Virus record (IMG/VR): IMGVR_UViG_2820089333_000004 | Location: 12,344 to 76,343 of that record | Strand: one strand, 5' to 3' | DNA length: 64,000 bases | From: a virus | In this document: positions 35,553 through 45,859 of the stretch, in pieces | Numbering within the stretch: position 1 is the stretch's first letter | How the letters are laid out: every line of letters begins with the position of its first letter | Translations under genes and position numbers: made by a program | The notes under the pieces: model-generated | Told to the model about the DNA's origin: nothing | The model's input: only the letters and a program-made list of their open reading frames with translations | Databases searched by the model: none

Positions 35553-37165
35553 GCTGCTTTCCTTTCAAATCCAAGCGCCTCGAAATCGAAGTCGTCCCTG
35601 ACGACATTCTCACCAAAACCTTCTGTCTCCAGAATGATCCGGTAGCGCTGCATAGCGTGGCTCTTGGTGTGGTTGTTGAATGGGTCGGTGAAATCCACGA
35701 TCAGGGCGACATTCGGGCCGTTCTTCTTGGCCCGCAGCCCGCGACCGATGCGCTGGCGTAGAGCAACTTCAGCCTTACCACCACCAGCGAGAATGATCAA
35801 ACCCACCGCCGGCACGTCGACGCCCACGTCCAAAATAGTTGTCCCAATCAGGGCGTCAATCTTGCCCGTGGCGAGCTTGTTGAGCGCCCGCTTGCGTTCT
35901 GTCTGGTCGTTTTCGCCCTGAATGAACTCAACCGCAAGACCTTTCGCTTTCAGGAGGTTTTGAAGTATCTCGCCATGCTTCTTCTGCTGGATTAGCACCA
36001 TCGAGGATAGACCGTAGCGAGCGGCGCGGGCGACCTCGGCGACAATGGCCTGGTTACGCTCCTCATTATCGACGATCCCGATGCGGTAGGCAGACTGCCA
36101 GCCGGTGCCACGCAGAAGCTTGAGAGGCTTCTTCTTGAGGTCGATCACCTTGAAGTAGGGTTTGGCAAGGATCTCGCGGTCGATCAGCATCTTTTCCGTG
36201 ACCTTAATCGCAATAGGGCCAGAGCTTGCCATCAGACGCATGTTGGCTTCTTCGTCGTCTTTCATGAACGGGGTGCCAGTGAGCGCCAGGCGGTAATGAG
36301 CGTTCTTGCAGTGGCGCAGAATCTCGAAGTAGGAGTTGCCGGACGCTTCGTGCGCTTCTTCCAGGATCACGAACTCGAACTTGGCGAGCAGGCTGATCGT
36401 CTGTTGGCGGACCGCGTTCTGTTCAGCGCATTTGCGCTCGGCGGCAGCTTTCATTTTCTCCGCATCGGCTTTCGAGGCTCTTTTTTTGTCCGCGAAATCG
36501 TATAGTTTTTCAAATTCGCGCTCCACGGTGGTTTCTTCGAGACGGCTCATGAGGGTCTGCACCATGCCGACACACATTTTCTTCACAGCCTGCTGACCTG
36601 CCGCATTGACATGACCAAACTGACCGTCGCCAAGCACGCTGCAAGGCACGCCAAGATCGCGCTCGAAGGCTTCCTTCATCTGATACATCAGAATGCCGCG
36701 TGTGGTCAGAAAAAGAGTAGGGCGGTTGATTCTGGCGAACGCAAGGCGGGCCACGAGCGATTTTCCGCCACCTGTCGCCACCTGAGCGATTATCTGCTTG
36801 TGCTTCACCAGTCGGCGAACTACTTCCATCTGGTAGTCGTAGCGTGGATCTTCCGGGAAGCTGCCGACTCTGGGATTCTCTGGACCAAGTGGAATCGGCG
36901 CCGGCTTGGTGACGAAGCGCACTTCGTAGCCCTTGCGTCGCAGATTGGCGCCGACAAAATGCACGAAACCAGCAGGGAACACACCACTGCGAAAGTCGAG
37001 AAAAGACGATCTTCCATCCCAATTTCCTGACTTGAAGGCTGACGAGTGTTCGGCGCCTTCAACCCGGTAGCTCAGTATTCGCTGAACCTCCAATTTTGCT
37101 TGACGCGATGGTTCGTGCAGTTTTGCATTTACGGCACTGCTCGCAATCGTAACTATTTCGGTCAT
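35549..37165 (-). CDS. superfamily 2 DExH helicase (UvsW/XPB-like)
   Basis: ATGGGKS, ILEEAH, ALTGTP, ILDVGVDVP, QRIGRGLR. Confidence 0.93.
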   Translation of the reverse strand: MTEIVTIASSAVNAKLHEPSRQAKLEVQRILSYRVEGAEHSSAFKSGNWDGRSSFLDFRSGVFPAGFVHFVGANLRRKGYEVRFVTKPAPIPLGPENPRVGSFPEDPRYDYQMEVVRRLVKHKQIIAQVATGGGKSLVARLAFARINRPTLFLTTRGILMYQMKEAFERDLGVPCSVLGDGQFGHVNAAGQQAVKKMCVGMVQTLMSRLEETTVEREFEKLYDFADKKRASKADAEKMKAAAERKCAEQNAVRQQTISLLAKFEFVILEEAHEASGNSYFEILRHCKNAHYRLALTGTPFMKDDEEANMRLMASSGPIAIKVTEKMLIDREILAKPYFKVIDLKKKPLKLLRGTGWQSAYRIGIVDNEERNQAIVAEVARAARYGLSSMVLIQQKKHGEILQNLLKAKGLAVEFIQGENDQTERKRALNKLATGKIDALIGTTILDVGVDVPAVGLIILAGGGKAEVALRQRIGRGLRAKKNGPNVALIVDFTDPFNNHTKSHAMQRYRIILETEGFGENVVRDDFDFEALGFERKAA

Positions 37166-37237
37166 TTGGCTATTGCTTTCTAAATACTCTTGGGTTAAAT
37201 TTCCAGTCAGTCCTTACTAGAATATTTTACTTCATAG

Positions 37238-37891
37238 ATGTCCAACACGCTTAACGTCGAGCACATTGCTGTTGATGCTCTGCGCCCCAACGCCTTCAAC
37301 ACCAATGTCGTCTCGCCCGACAATGAATCCAAGCTGGAAGAGAGCATCCGGCGCCTCGGCATGTTCAAGCCGGTTATCGCCCGCGAACTGCACGACGGCA
37401 CGCTTGAGATCATCGGTGGCGAACACCGCGCAGGCGCAGCGAAGCGCATGGGCATCAAGACTGTTCCGGTCATTAACCTCGGGCGCATCGACGACAACAA
37501 AGCGAAGGAAATCAGCTTGGTCGATAACGGGCGCTACGGAACCGATGACACGCTACAGCTCGCTCAACTTCTCGAAGAACTTGGCAATGCGGATGAACTG
37601 GCGTCCTTTATGCCTTACTCCGACAACGATCTAGCGACAATCTTTGCGTCGGTAAATATAGCGCTCGATGACTTAGATTTACCGGACGATGAAGAAAAAG
37701 CCCCAAGCCTGAAAGAGAAACCGATTCAGGCGCATCAAATCGTCCGCTTCAAAATTCCGGTCGATGACGCTTCGTGGCTGACGAGTTTGGTGGAAAAGAC
37801 CATGAAGGCGCAGAAATTCACCGAGTCCGACAGCCTGACCAATGCTGGCGACGCGCTCGTCTATCTGCTTGGGCAAGCGAATCAAGAATGA
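37238..37891 (+). CDS. ParB/Srx N-terminal domain protein
   Basis: LRPNAFNTN..IRRLGMFKPVIAR..IIGGEHR. Confidence 0.85.
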   Translation: MSNTLNVEHIAVDALRPNAFNTNVVSPDNESKLEESIRRLGMFKPVIARELHDGTLEIIGGEHRAGAAKRMGIKTVPVINLGRIDDNKAKEISLVDNGRYGTDDTLQLAQLLEELGNADELASFMPYSDNDLATIFASVNIALDDLDLPDDEEKAPSLKEKPIQAHQIVRFKIPVDDASWLTSLVEKTMKAQKFTESDSLTNAGDALVYLLGQANQE

Positions 37892-38055
37892 ACCACAGAC
37901 ACCCATTCTCGCCGGAGTGCGAGGGCTGCATTAACGAAAGGTTCGATCCGTTCCGGTGCGAAACATGCGCTGGCGGTCGCAACTATGAGAGCGAGGACAC
38001 CAGCGAAGAGCTGACCTACGCCGAATTCAAGGACTTGTTCAAGGAAGTAGCATGA
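37888..38055 (+). CDS. small Cys-containing protein
   Basis: CEGC..CETC; ATGA couplings. Confidence 0.6.
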   Translation: MNHRHPFSPECEGCINERFDPFRCETCAGGRNYESEDTSEELTYAEFKDLFKEVA

Positions 38056-38258
38056 CAACCGACACCATTGCCACTATTGCCTACGCCCGTGATGCTGACG
38101 GAGAGCTGAGAGCGTTCGAGGTTGAGGCGAAATCCTACGGCGAAGCCATCGAGGCGGTGAAAGAGGAACTGGGTGTCAGTCGCGCTATGTGTGTTGTGCA
38201 CAAGAAATGCGGAGGAAAAGGCAGAAACCCTAACTCGAAAAAGAAAGCGGCAGCATGA
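38052..38258 (+). CDS. small hypothetical protein
   Basis: coupled on both sides. Confidence 0.6.
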   Translation: MTTDTIATIAYARDADGELRAFEVEAKSYGEAIEAVKEELGVSRAMCVVHKKCGGKGRNPNSKKKAAA

Positions 38259-38917
38259 CTGATCCAAAAATTGAGAAGTGGGAAGTCTCACGTCTCACTC
38301 CTTACGAAAACAACGTCAAAAAGCACGACCAAAAACAGGTCAATAAGATCGCCGAATCTATCAGGCGGTTTGGCTGGCGCGGTAATCCGATTCTCGTTGA
38401 TGAGAATGGCGTCATCATCGCCGGTCACGGCAGACGCTTGGCCGCAATGAAGCTCGGTCTGATCGAAGTGCCGGTAGAGGTTATCGTCGGCAAGACCGAG
38501 GATGAGATCAACGCCCTGCGCTTGGCTGACAACCGCGTAGCCATTGGTGAATACGACAGCGACTTGCTGCAAGCTGAACTTGCCAACATCGACTTCGACC
38601 TCGACGGCATTTTTGACAAGAAAGAACTGGACTTCCTGGTTGCCGATCTTGCAGAAATGAAAACCGAAGCTTTTGTTCTCGACCTGGACGAAGAGGTCAA
38701 AGCGCAAGCTGAAGCGACCACGAAAAAGATCGCGGAGGCCGATGAGAAGCTTGTCAAGATCGAGAAGGCGCTTGGCTTCAAACAAATTCAAGGACGGGAC
38801 GAGCGATGGGTCGCTCGGTTCATGGCGCAAATTGAGGCTGAGACGGGCAAGATTGGCGCCGAAGCGTTTGTCGGGTTCGTGCGGAATCTAATGCAAGCGC
38901 AAGCGGCTGCGGCATAA
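38255..38917 (+). CDS. ParB/Srx N-terminal domain protein
   Basis: LTPYENNVKKHDQKQVNKIAESIRRFGW..PILVDENGVIIAGHGRRLAA..LRLADNR. Confidence 0.9.
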   Translation: MTDPKIEKWEVSRLTPYENNVKKHDQKQVNKIAESIRRFGWRGNPILVDENGVIIAGHGRRLAAMKLGLIEVPVEVIVGKTEDEINALRLADNRVAIGEYDSDLLQAELANIDFDLDGIFDKKELDFLVADLAEMKTEAFVLDLDEEVKAQAEATTKKIAEADEKLVKIEKALGFKQIQGRDERWVARFMAQIEAETGKIGAEAFVGFVRNLMQAQAAAA

Positions 38918-38922
38918 GGGGG

Positions 38923-39297
38923 ATGGCGATGATTGATCCCTACAAGAAGATGCCCAAGACGCTGCGAGTTGGCTGCTACCAGTTCGATGTTGAACTACAT
39001 GAACGTGGAGACGCCGAAGCAGAGCACTCGTTCGGCCATATGAATCCAATCAACCAAAAGATCAGGCTGCGCACTGGCATGAAGCGGCAAACCCTTGCCA
39101 ACACCTTTATCCATGAGGTCATGCACGCGATTTTCTGGCACCAAGCCGTTGGGATCGCTGGCAGAGAGGGTGACGGCTGTCTTGGAGAAGAGGAAATCGT
39201 CCTCAAGCTCTCCAACGGCCTGTGCGCGTTCTGGCAAGACAATCCCGAGGCAGTCGCTTGGTGGCAGAGTCTCACGAAGCTGGAGAGCCGTTCGTGA
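38923..39297 (+). CDS. HExxH metallopeptidase-like phage protein
   Basis: NTFIHEVMHAIF..EE.IV. Confidence 0.7.
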   Translation: MAMIDPYKKMPKTLRVGCYQFDVELHERGDAEAEHSFGHMNPINQKIRLRTGMKRQTLANTFIHEVMHAIFWHQAVGIAGREGDGCLGEEEIVLKLSNGLCAFWQDNPEAVAWWQSLTKLESRS

Positions 39298-39962
39298 GCG
39301 TCTATCACATCGACAAACGCTTCCACACCGAAGTCGAACGAACTGATCGGGTGCTGGAGATCGCAGAGGCTTTTGGTTTGGGCCTGGATGACAAAGAATT
39401 CGTTGTTTTTGACAACCAGCCTATCGAGATCGAGCAAGGCGACGTGGTGTATGTCACCGGCGAATCCGGTTCTGGCAAATCCACCGTTCTGCGCGAATTG
39501 GTTGGCAAGATGGAGGCAGATGGTCTGAAGGTCGCCGACATCGACAAGGTGGAACTGCTCGACAAGCCGCTGATTGACCAGATCGGCGCCGATACGGGCG
39601 AAGCATTGAATCTTCTGTCCATCGCTGGCCTGAATGATGCCTACCTGTTCATCCGCAAGCCAAAGGAGCTGTCTGACGGCCAACGCTATCGCTTCCGCCT
39701 TGCAAAAATCATCGAGAGTGCCGCGAAGGTGTGGGTCGCCGATGAGTTCCTTGCAGTTCTGGATCGAACAACGGCCAAGGTGATCGCGTTCAACCTGCAA
39801 AAAGTTGCACGAAGGGTTGGCGCAACGGTTCTGGTTGCCACCACGCACACGGATATGGTCGCCGACCTGGCGCCGAATTTATATATCGAAAAACGCTACC
39901 GGGAGAAGATCCACATCGTTCGCTCCCAAGAAGGCTACAAGACACTGGAGACGACGCAATGA
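39294..39962 (+). CDS. soluble ABC-type ATPase
   Basis: GESGSGKST, LSDGQ signature, VADEF, H-loop; no permease gene. Confidence 0.9.
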   Translation: MSVYHIDKRFHTEVERTDRVLEIAEAFGLGLDDKEFVVFDNQPIEIEQGDVVYVTGESGSGKSTVLRELVGKMEADGLKVADIDKVELLDKPLIDQIGADTGEALNLLSIAGLNDAYLFIRKPKELSDGQRYRFRLAKIIESAAKVWVADEFLAVLDRTTAKVIAFNLQKVARRVGATVLVATTHTDMVADLAPNLYIEKRYREKIHIVRSQEGYKTLETTQ

Positions 39963-40225
39963 GCAAGGAAATTATCGTTTTCACGAGCGCCGCATGCGCG
40001 CCGTGCAAGCAACTGAAGCCCGAGTTGGAATTTCAGGCCGGGCATCGCGGCTTTCCGTTGCGCTTCATTGAGATGAGCATCGCCAACCAAGCGGAATTCA
40101 TGAAATACGAGGTTCGCAGTGTGCCGACCGTGGTTTGCCACGATGGCGAGAAGGAAGTTGGGCGCTTCCTTGGGGCAATGACACCCACGGCAGTCGAATC
40201 CAAGCTCGCTGAGTGGGGTCTGTAA
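39959..40225 (+). CDS. thioredoxin-like protein
   Basis: CAPC active site, SVPT cis-Pro loop. Confidence 0.88.
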   Translation: MSKEIIVFTSAACAPCKQLKPELEFQAGHRGFPLRFIEMSIANQAEFMKYEVRSVPTVVCHDGEKEVGRFLGAMTPTAVESKLAEWGL

Positions 40226-40331
40226 TGCTTTCGCGCTGCCTCGGAACGCTTACTGGTTGGACTCTTGTTGCCTTGAAGCTGTTTTCGCGCGACGGTGACG
40301 ACGTGACTTGGCGACAAGATAGGTTTGCCGC

Positions 40332-41285
40332 ATGACGCGCGCAGCTAGCGATTCGATGGTCGTTCTGGACAACGAGGACATTTTGGTCGAGCGTCACAAG
40401 ATGCCCGACAAGCACGCCCTGTCGCTGTTGCCGGAAATCTACGTCGAGCGCGGCACCAAAGACGACTGGGATTTGCTGCACGAACTGCACTACAAGGCTG
40501 AAAACCTTGGCATCGGGCCGAGGATCTTCCGCTGTGTGCTGAACGGTCGAACTATCGGCGCCGGAGTGATGACTGTGCCGAAAATGCTGCTGTCTGGCCG
40601 GAACGAACTTTTCACCAACCTGCGTCCAAACCAAGGCGGGCGCGACACCAAGATCATCAACAAGTATCGGGCTGAGTGGATCAACGCACACGCTTGCACG
40701 AACAGTCGCCTGGTGTTGGACACAGTGTATCGCGGCGCCGGAATTGCCTACCGAATGCAGAACCTCATGATGCGAATGACTGGCTGCAAACTGATCGAAT
40801 TTCAGTCCTCGATGTCGAAGTTCAACCCGTTTGCGGCAAAAGCGGGTATTCGTTTCACTCGCCCAAGACGTTCGGCAAGCTATGAGCGCGGTTTGGCATG
40901 GTTTCGCCGCTGGTTCGAGTCCATCCCGACCGATTACGTTGGGATCATGGCCGAAATCGACGCTATGTCGCCGGTGGCACGCGGCAAGTGCGTCGCCGAA
41001 ATGCGGAAGTTCTACTACGACTTTAGTTCGATGGAGAAGTCAGGTGACAACCGCATGAACGGCACTCGCCGCGTCGATGCGCTGCCGGTCGGTAAGCTCC
41101 TCAAAAATCTTCAGCAGTTGGTGTTCGCCAGCCCGCTGTATGGCGTCTACGCAAATCCCGACTACAACAGCGCCAAAAAGTGTCCGGTGAAGCTCCCTGA
41201 GCGACTACCCCTTTTGGCGTTCGATAACCAGCCCACAGACGCCCCTCTCGACCTTTCTAAGCTGCTAGATGCCCATGAACGATAA
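40332..41285 (+). CDS. GNAT-fold acetyltransferase-like protein
   Basis: SRLVLDTVYRGAGIA acetyl-CoA-binding motif A. Confidence 0.75.
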   Translation: MTRAASDSMVVLDNEDILVERHKMPDKHALSLLPEIYVERGTKDDWDLLHELHYKAENLGIGPRIFRCVLNGRTIGAGVMTVPKMLLSGRNELFTNLRPNQGGRDTKIINKYRAEWINAHACTNSRLVLDTVYRGAGIAYRMQNLMMRMTGCKLIEFQSSMSKFNPFAAKAGIRFTRPRRSASYERGLAWFRRWFESIPTDYVGIMAEIDAMSPVARGKCVAEMRKFYYDFSSMEKSGDNRMNGTRRVDALPVGKLLKNLQQLVFASPLYGVYANPDYNSAKKCPVKLPERLPLLAFDNQPTDAPLDLSKLLDAHER

Positions 41286-41631
41286 ACGATTGAGTGACAA
41301 ACAGCTCGAAGTGCTGCGCGTCCTTGTCGAAGGCAACACGGACGGGAGTTTCGTCGATATGGATGAGCTGCTGGAGCGCGTCAATTACAAACCAACAAAG
41401 GCTTCGATGCACTTCTCAATCCGCCATCTGATCAAGCGTGACCTGATTGAGAAGAAAGGCACGGAAATGCGCCGGGGTCGGCACCGAAGCATCCTTGGGG
41501 CGACTGTCTTGGGGCATCACTTCGCTAGAGCCAACATGACCTCTCCTGCTGCCGCGATTCTTGGGGCCGAGGATGATCTCCTTGAGCTTGGGGATTCCTT
41601 GGGAGCCGAGACATCTTTCGGTATATATTAG
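41269..41631 (+). CDS. winged-helix DNA-binding protein
   Basis: LSDKQLEVL..MDELLERV..SMHFSIRHLIKRDLIEK. Confidence 0.7.
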   Translation: MPMNDKRLSDKQLEVLRVLVEGNTDGSFVDMDELLERVNYKPTKASMHFSIRHLIKRDLIEKKGTEMRRGRHRSILGATVLGHHFARANMTSPAAAILGAEDDLLELGDSLGAETSFGIY

Positions 41632-41652
41632 ATATAAAGGTTGTAGTAAGTA

Positions 41653-42069
41653 ATGACTATAAATAATATTACCGAAACAGACCTCGGCCCCCAAGAGTCC
41701 CAAGTAAAGATCGTCGGAATGGAATTCATCGCCGGCCCCAATGGAAACGATGAAATCTCCCAAGCGCTCGGCTACGAGGTTATGCACCTGCCCGACAATA
41801 AAACGTATCGCACGCGCGTCGGCCACATGGCTCACCGACAGCCGGATTACTGCGCCGATGTGGTGTTCTGTCTGAACGAGCTTAAACTGCGCGGTGTCGT
41901 GCCATTTGTTTTGCCAACAGAGAAGGCGAAGCGTGCAAAGAAGTTTGAGCCTGGCTTTGTTGCCTTGTTCGAGATCGACGATGAATTGCACATGACGGAA
42001 CCGCAAGCGACCGAGGCCGCTGCTGCCGCCTGCGTTCTTTGGTTTGTTGCAAATTCTAGTAAATTCTGA
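41653..42069 (+). CDS. hypothetical protein
   Basis: ATG lies inside the operator at 41644. Confidence 0.6.
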   Translation: MTINNITETDLGPQESQVKIVGMEFIAGPNGNDEISQALGYEVMHLPDNKTYRTRVGHMAHRQPDYCADVVFCLNELKLRGVVPFVLPTEKAKRAKKFEPGFVALFEIDDELHMTEPQATEAAAAACVLWFVANSSKF

Positions 42070-42070
42070 C

Positions 42071-42160
42071 TTGACAAAATCGTAGCAACTCAATATGATT
42101 GCGTCAGTGGTTAACGGTTTCTCCTCCAAGCGGGCGCACACCCCTGGCGCCCCTTTTTTT
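42071..42160 (+). promoter_or_regulatory. sigma70 promoter plus short leader ending in an intrinsic terminator upstream of the terminase operon
   Basis: TTGACA-N17-TATGAT; GGGCGC/GCGCCC stem + T7. Confidence 0.75.
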
Positions 42161-42231
42161 CGTCTGGTTTGTCAGATAAGCAAAAAGGGAACTGACGACA
42201 TGACGTGAGAAAAAAGAGGACTTTGCTTGAA

Positions 42232-42858
42232 ATGCCGGTAGAAACCGGCAAGCGCCCAAGTCAGAGGCAATGGGCGGAAGCGGAAGCGCTGTGGGAGGCT
42301 GGCGAAGTTACGCTGCCCTTTCTTGCGTCCAAACTAAAAGTAAGCACATCTGGCATTTCGCTGCACATGAAGCGGCGCGGCATCGTTCGTGGCTCCAAGG
42401 CTGAAGAACACAAGAAGCGCGTCGCGGAAGCCGTCACCAGTGCCGCAATCGACGACGCAACCGTTCACGCCGGTCGTATCCGCGAGACAAAGGAACAGCA
42501 CTACCAGATGGCTGCCGGCATTTCTAAGCTGGCGTGGAACGAGGTCATCAGCGCGAAAGCCAACGGCACGCCTTTCTCTGCTATTGCTGGCAACCTCAAA
42601 AGTCTCGACGCAGCCATGACAGTGCTGTTGAAAGCCCGCAATGAGCGATGGGCTGTCCTCGGTCTGGATCGCGCCGACACCATCGACAACGATGGTTTGC
42701 CACAACTGCTGATCTCGGAGCTGACCGCCGAACAGATCGAAGATCTGCGTTCCCGCGAATTCAATGAATTCGACGACATGGCGGGTGAGGTGGCGCAGAT
42801 GGACGTCAACACGTTCGATAGCGCCAACAACGCAAAGAGCAACGAAGAGGACGAATAG
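42232..42858 (+). CDS. terS: terminase small subunit (putative)
   Basis: N-terminal HTH, position before terL; alternative GTG start at 42205. Confidence 0.75.
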   Translation: MPVETGKRPSQRQWAEAEALWEAGEVTLPFLASKLKVSTSGISLHMKRRGIVRGSKAEEHKKRVAEAVTSAAIDDATVHAGRIRETKEQHYQMAAGISKLAWNEVISAKANGTPFSAIAGNLKSLDAAMTVLLKARNERWAVLGLDRADTIDNDGLPQLLISELTAEQIEDLRSREFNEFDDMAGEVAQMDVNTFDSANNAKSNEEDE

Positions 42859-44105
42859 TGGCTCTTCAGGCAAAGCTCGACCTGCACCCGAAACAAATGG
42901 AGGTCTATCGCAGCCGGGCGCGTTTTCGCGTTGTTGTTGCTGGTCGCCGGTGGGGCAAGTCGCAGCTTTCCAAGGTGCTGATGATTACCAAGGCGGCAAA
43001 CAAGCCCAAGCAGAAGGTTTGGTATGTAGCGCCAACCTACCGCATGGCAAAGCAGATTCTCTGGACGGATTTGCTTGACGCGATTCCTGACAAGTGGATC
43101 AAGAAAGTCAACGAAACCAACCTGTCCATCAGTCTCGTGAACGGCAGTCGGATTGAGTTGAGAGGCGCGGATAAAGCCGATTCGCTGCGCGGCGTTGGTA
43201 TTCACTTTCTGGTGCTGGACGAGTATCAGGACATGAGCGAGGAAACCTGGAGCATGGTGCTTCGCCCGACGCTTGCAGACACTGGTGGCCACGCGATTTT
43301 TATCGGGACGCCCAAAAGCTACAATGCCTTGTATGCCCTCTACAAGCTCGGCCAAGACCCGGAGCAGATAGCGGCGGGGCAATGGGAGTCCTGGCAATTC
43401 CCAACTATTTCATCCCCCTATATTGCGTTGTCGGAAATCGCCGCCGCAAAAGCGGACATGGATGAAAAGAGCTTTCAGCAGGAATTTGAAGCCTCGTTCA
43501 CGACGATGAGCGGGCGCGTCTATTACCCGTTCGACCGGAAAGAACACGTCGGCAATTATCAGTTCGATCCGAAGCTGCCGATCTGGATTGGTATGGACTT
43601 CAACATTGACCCCATGAGCGCCATCATCATTCAGCCGCAGATGTCGGGCGAATTGTGGGCCGTGGATGAAATCGTGCAGTTCAGCTCGAATACGGAAGAA
43701 ATCTGCGAAGCCATCGACAAGAAATACTGGCGCAACCAGCGGGCGATCACGATCTATCCAGACCCCGCCGGCGGACAGCGCCAGCACGCACGCGGCGAAA
43801 CCGACATCGACATCCTGCGCGAAAAGGGCTTCAAGCATGTCAAATGTCGCCGCAAGAACCCCTTTGTCGCCGACCGCGTGAATGCCGTCAATCGCATGTT
43901 GCGGTCAGCGGATGGAACCATCCGCCTGCGTATCGACGCTTCTTGCAAGCACCTCATCAATGCCTTTGAGCAAACCATCTACAAGCCAGGCAGTCGGGAC
44001 GTAGACAAGGACGCCAGCGTTGAACATGCCGCCGACGCGGCAGGTTACTGCATCGAGCTTGAGCATCCGGTGCGCAAGGTTGAAATCGGCGGTTTGTCCC
44101 GCTAA
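42858..44105 (+). CDS. terL: terminase large subunit
   Basis: VAGRRWGKS, LVLDEYQD, IGTP, GMDFN, HAADA. Confidence 0.95.
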   Translation: MALQAKLDLHPKQMEVYRSRARFRVVVAGRRWGKSQLSKVLMITKAANKPKQKVWYVAPTYRMAKQILWTDLLDAIPDKWIKKVNETNLSISLVNGSRIELRGADKADSLRGVGIHFLVLDEYQDMSEETWSMVLRPTLADTGGHAIFIGTPKSYNALYALYKLGQDPEQIAAGQWESWQFPTISSPYIALSEIAAAKADMDEKSFQQEFEASFTTMSGRVYYPFDRKEHVGNYQFDPKLPIWIGMDFNIDPMSAIIIQPQMSGELWAVDEIVQFSSNTEEICEAIDKKYWRNQRAITIYPDPAGGQRQHARGETDIDILREKGFKHVKCRRKNPFVADRVNAVNRMLRSADGTIRLRIDASCKHLINAFEQTIYKPGSRDVDKDASVEHAADAAGYCIELEHPVRKVEIGGLSR

Positions 44106-44124
44106 CTCCAAAAGCAAAGAAATA

Positions 44125-45783
44125 ATGAAATTCAAACCTGGACAAATCGCCACGATTGACCCGACCGAGGAGTCGGAGCAGTCGGTTCTTCCGCAAACCG
44201 ACGAGCAGAAGCGGCTCAAAGCGCTGATCGCTCGTCGTCACCCGGAATACGAGAAAAAGATCAAGCACTGGAAATTTCTCGAAGATACCTACGAGGGTGG
44301 CCGTGACTGGTTCGAGGAAAACACCTTTCGCTACATCAAGGAGGGCGAACAGGAATTCTCCGAGCGCGTAATGCGCTGCTACCGCTTCAATCACAGCCGC
44401 GAAGTTGTGGATCTAATCAACAAATACCTGTTCAAGCAGAACATCACGCGCTCGGAAGATGCCCCGGAAAGCGTCAGAACCTTCTGGAAGAGGGCCACCA
44501 AGTCTGGTCTAAGCATCACCGAGTTCATGCGTCAGGCGAGCAAGCGCACGTCAATGCAGGGGCGCATCGGCATCGTGGTCGATACCACTGCGCCGTCTGG
44601 TGAAATGCTGTCGAAGGCCGACGAGAAGGCTGCCGGCGTTCGCACCTACGCCTACTCAGTCGGCCCAGAACAGCTTCTCGATTACTCCTTCGATAAGGAC
44701 GGCGAACTAAACTGGGTGATTGTCCGCGAATGCGTCCGTGACGACACCGATCCCTTCATGTCATCTGGCGAACAGAGCGACCGCTACAGGTTGTGGACAA
44801 AAGAAGGTTGGCAACTGTTCGAGGAGCGCAAACAGGGCCGCAAGAAGGTCGTGATAAAGGTCGATGAAGGCGAATACGACATCGGCGTGGTGCCGGTAAT
44901 TCTGGCCGATCACGTCATCAATGACAATGAATACGAATCGCCGGCCATGATCGACGATATCGCCTACTTGGATCGCGCAGTCGCCAATTACCTCTCGAAC
45001 CTAGACGCCATCATTCAGGATCAGACCTTCTCCCAACTCGCCATGCCAGCACAGAACGTCCTGCCGGGTGAGGACAAATTCACCAAGATGCTCGAAATGG
45101 GAACCAAGCGTGTGTTCCTGTATGACGGCGAGGGTGGCGCCACCCCGTTCTACCTGAACCCCGATGTAAAGCAGGCGGAACTGATTGTCACCGTCATCAA
45201 CAAGATCATCGGCGAGATTTACCACACGGTCGGCTTGGCCGGAGAGCGCACCAAACAGGATAACGCTGTTGGCATCGACAACTCTTCTGGCGTTGCCAAG
45301 GCTTACGACTTCGAGCGAGTGAATGCCCTGTTGGCCGCGAAGGCGGACAGTCTTGAAACCATCGAGAACAAGATCGCCCATCTGGTAGCTCTGTGGAATG
45401 GCGAAGAAGTCCGGTCGGATGACGATATCGTTTCTTACCCGGACAACTTCGACACACGCGGACTCTACGATGAATTCGACATCGCGGCGCGTTTGATGCT
45501 GATTGACGCCCCGGACACGATTCGCCGCGAGCAGATGACGATGGTGCTGAACAAGTTGTTCCCGCAGATGAAGGCCGATCTTCGCAAGAAGATCGAGGCC
45601 GAACTGAGTGGCTGGCCGGTCGATCCCATCGAGGAAGCCACGCGCCTTTCCCAGCTTAATGACAACTCACCCAACGCCTTCACCTCTGTTAAGAAGGGCA
45701 ACACACCCACGCCGGCGGGCGGGGAGGGCAAGAAGCCGGCCAGCGACAAGCGCCAGGGACAGGTGACGAAGGAATCGAAGTAA
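44125..45783 (+). CDS. portal protein
   Basis: size, position after terL, SGVAKAYDF motif. Confidence 0.85.
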   Translation: MKFKPGQIATIDPTEESEQSVLPQTDEQKRLKALIARRHPEYEKKIKHWKFLEDTYEGGRDWFEENTFRYIKEGEQEFSERVMRCYRFNHSREVVDLINKYLFKQNITRSEDAPESVRTFWKRATKSGLSITEFMRQASKRTSMQGRIGIVVDTTAPSGEMLSKADEKAAGVRTYAYSVGPEQLLDYSFDKDGELNWVIVRECVRDDTDPFMSSGEQSDRYRLWTKEGWQLFEERKQGRKKVVIKVDEGEYDIGVVPVILADHVINDNEYESPAMIDDIAYLDRAVANYLSNLDAIIQDQTFSQLAMPAQNVLPGEDKFTKMLEMGTKRVFLYDGEGGATPFYLNPDVKQAELIVTVINKIIGEIYHTVGLAGERTKQDNAVGIDNSSGVAKAYDFERVNALLAAKADSLETIENKIAHLVALWNGEEVRSDDDIVSYPDNFDTRGLYDEFDIAARLMLIDAPDTIRREQMTMVLNKLFPQMKADLRKKIEAELSGWPVDPIEEATRLSQLNDNSPNAFTSVKKGNTPTPAGGEGKKPASDKRQGQVTKESK

Positions 45784-45859
45784 CCCCGTGCGGGTCAAGA
45801 GATCGACCCGCACAACTCAACCAATGGCCTAGAGACTGGCCGACGAAAGGAAACAAGAA

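Noticed and set aside
42200-42208. ATG-ACG-TGA mini-ORF or frameshifted terS start
   Set aside because: In-frame GTG (42205) and ATG (42232) starts exist; no evidence of a real frameshift
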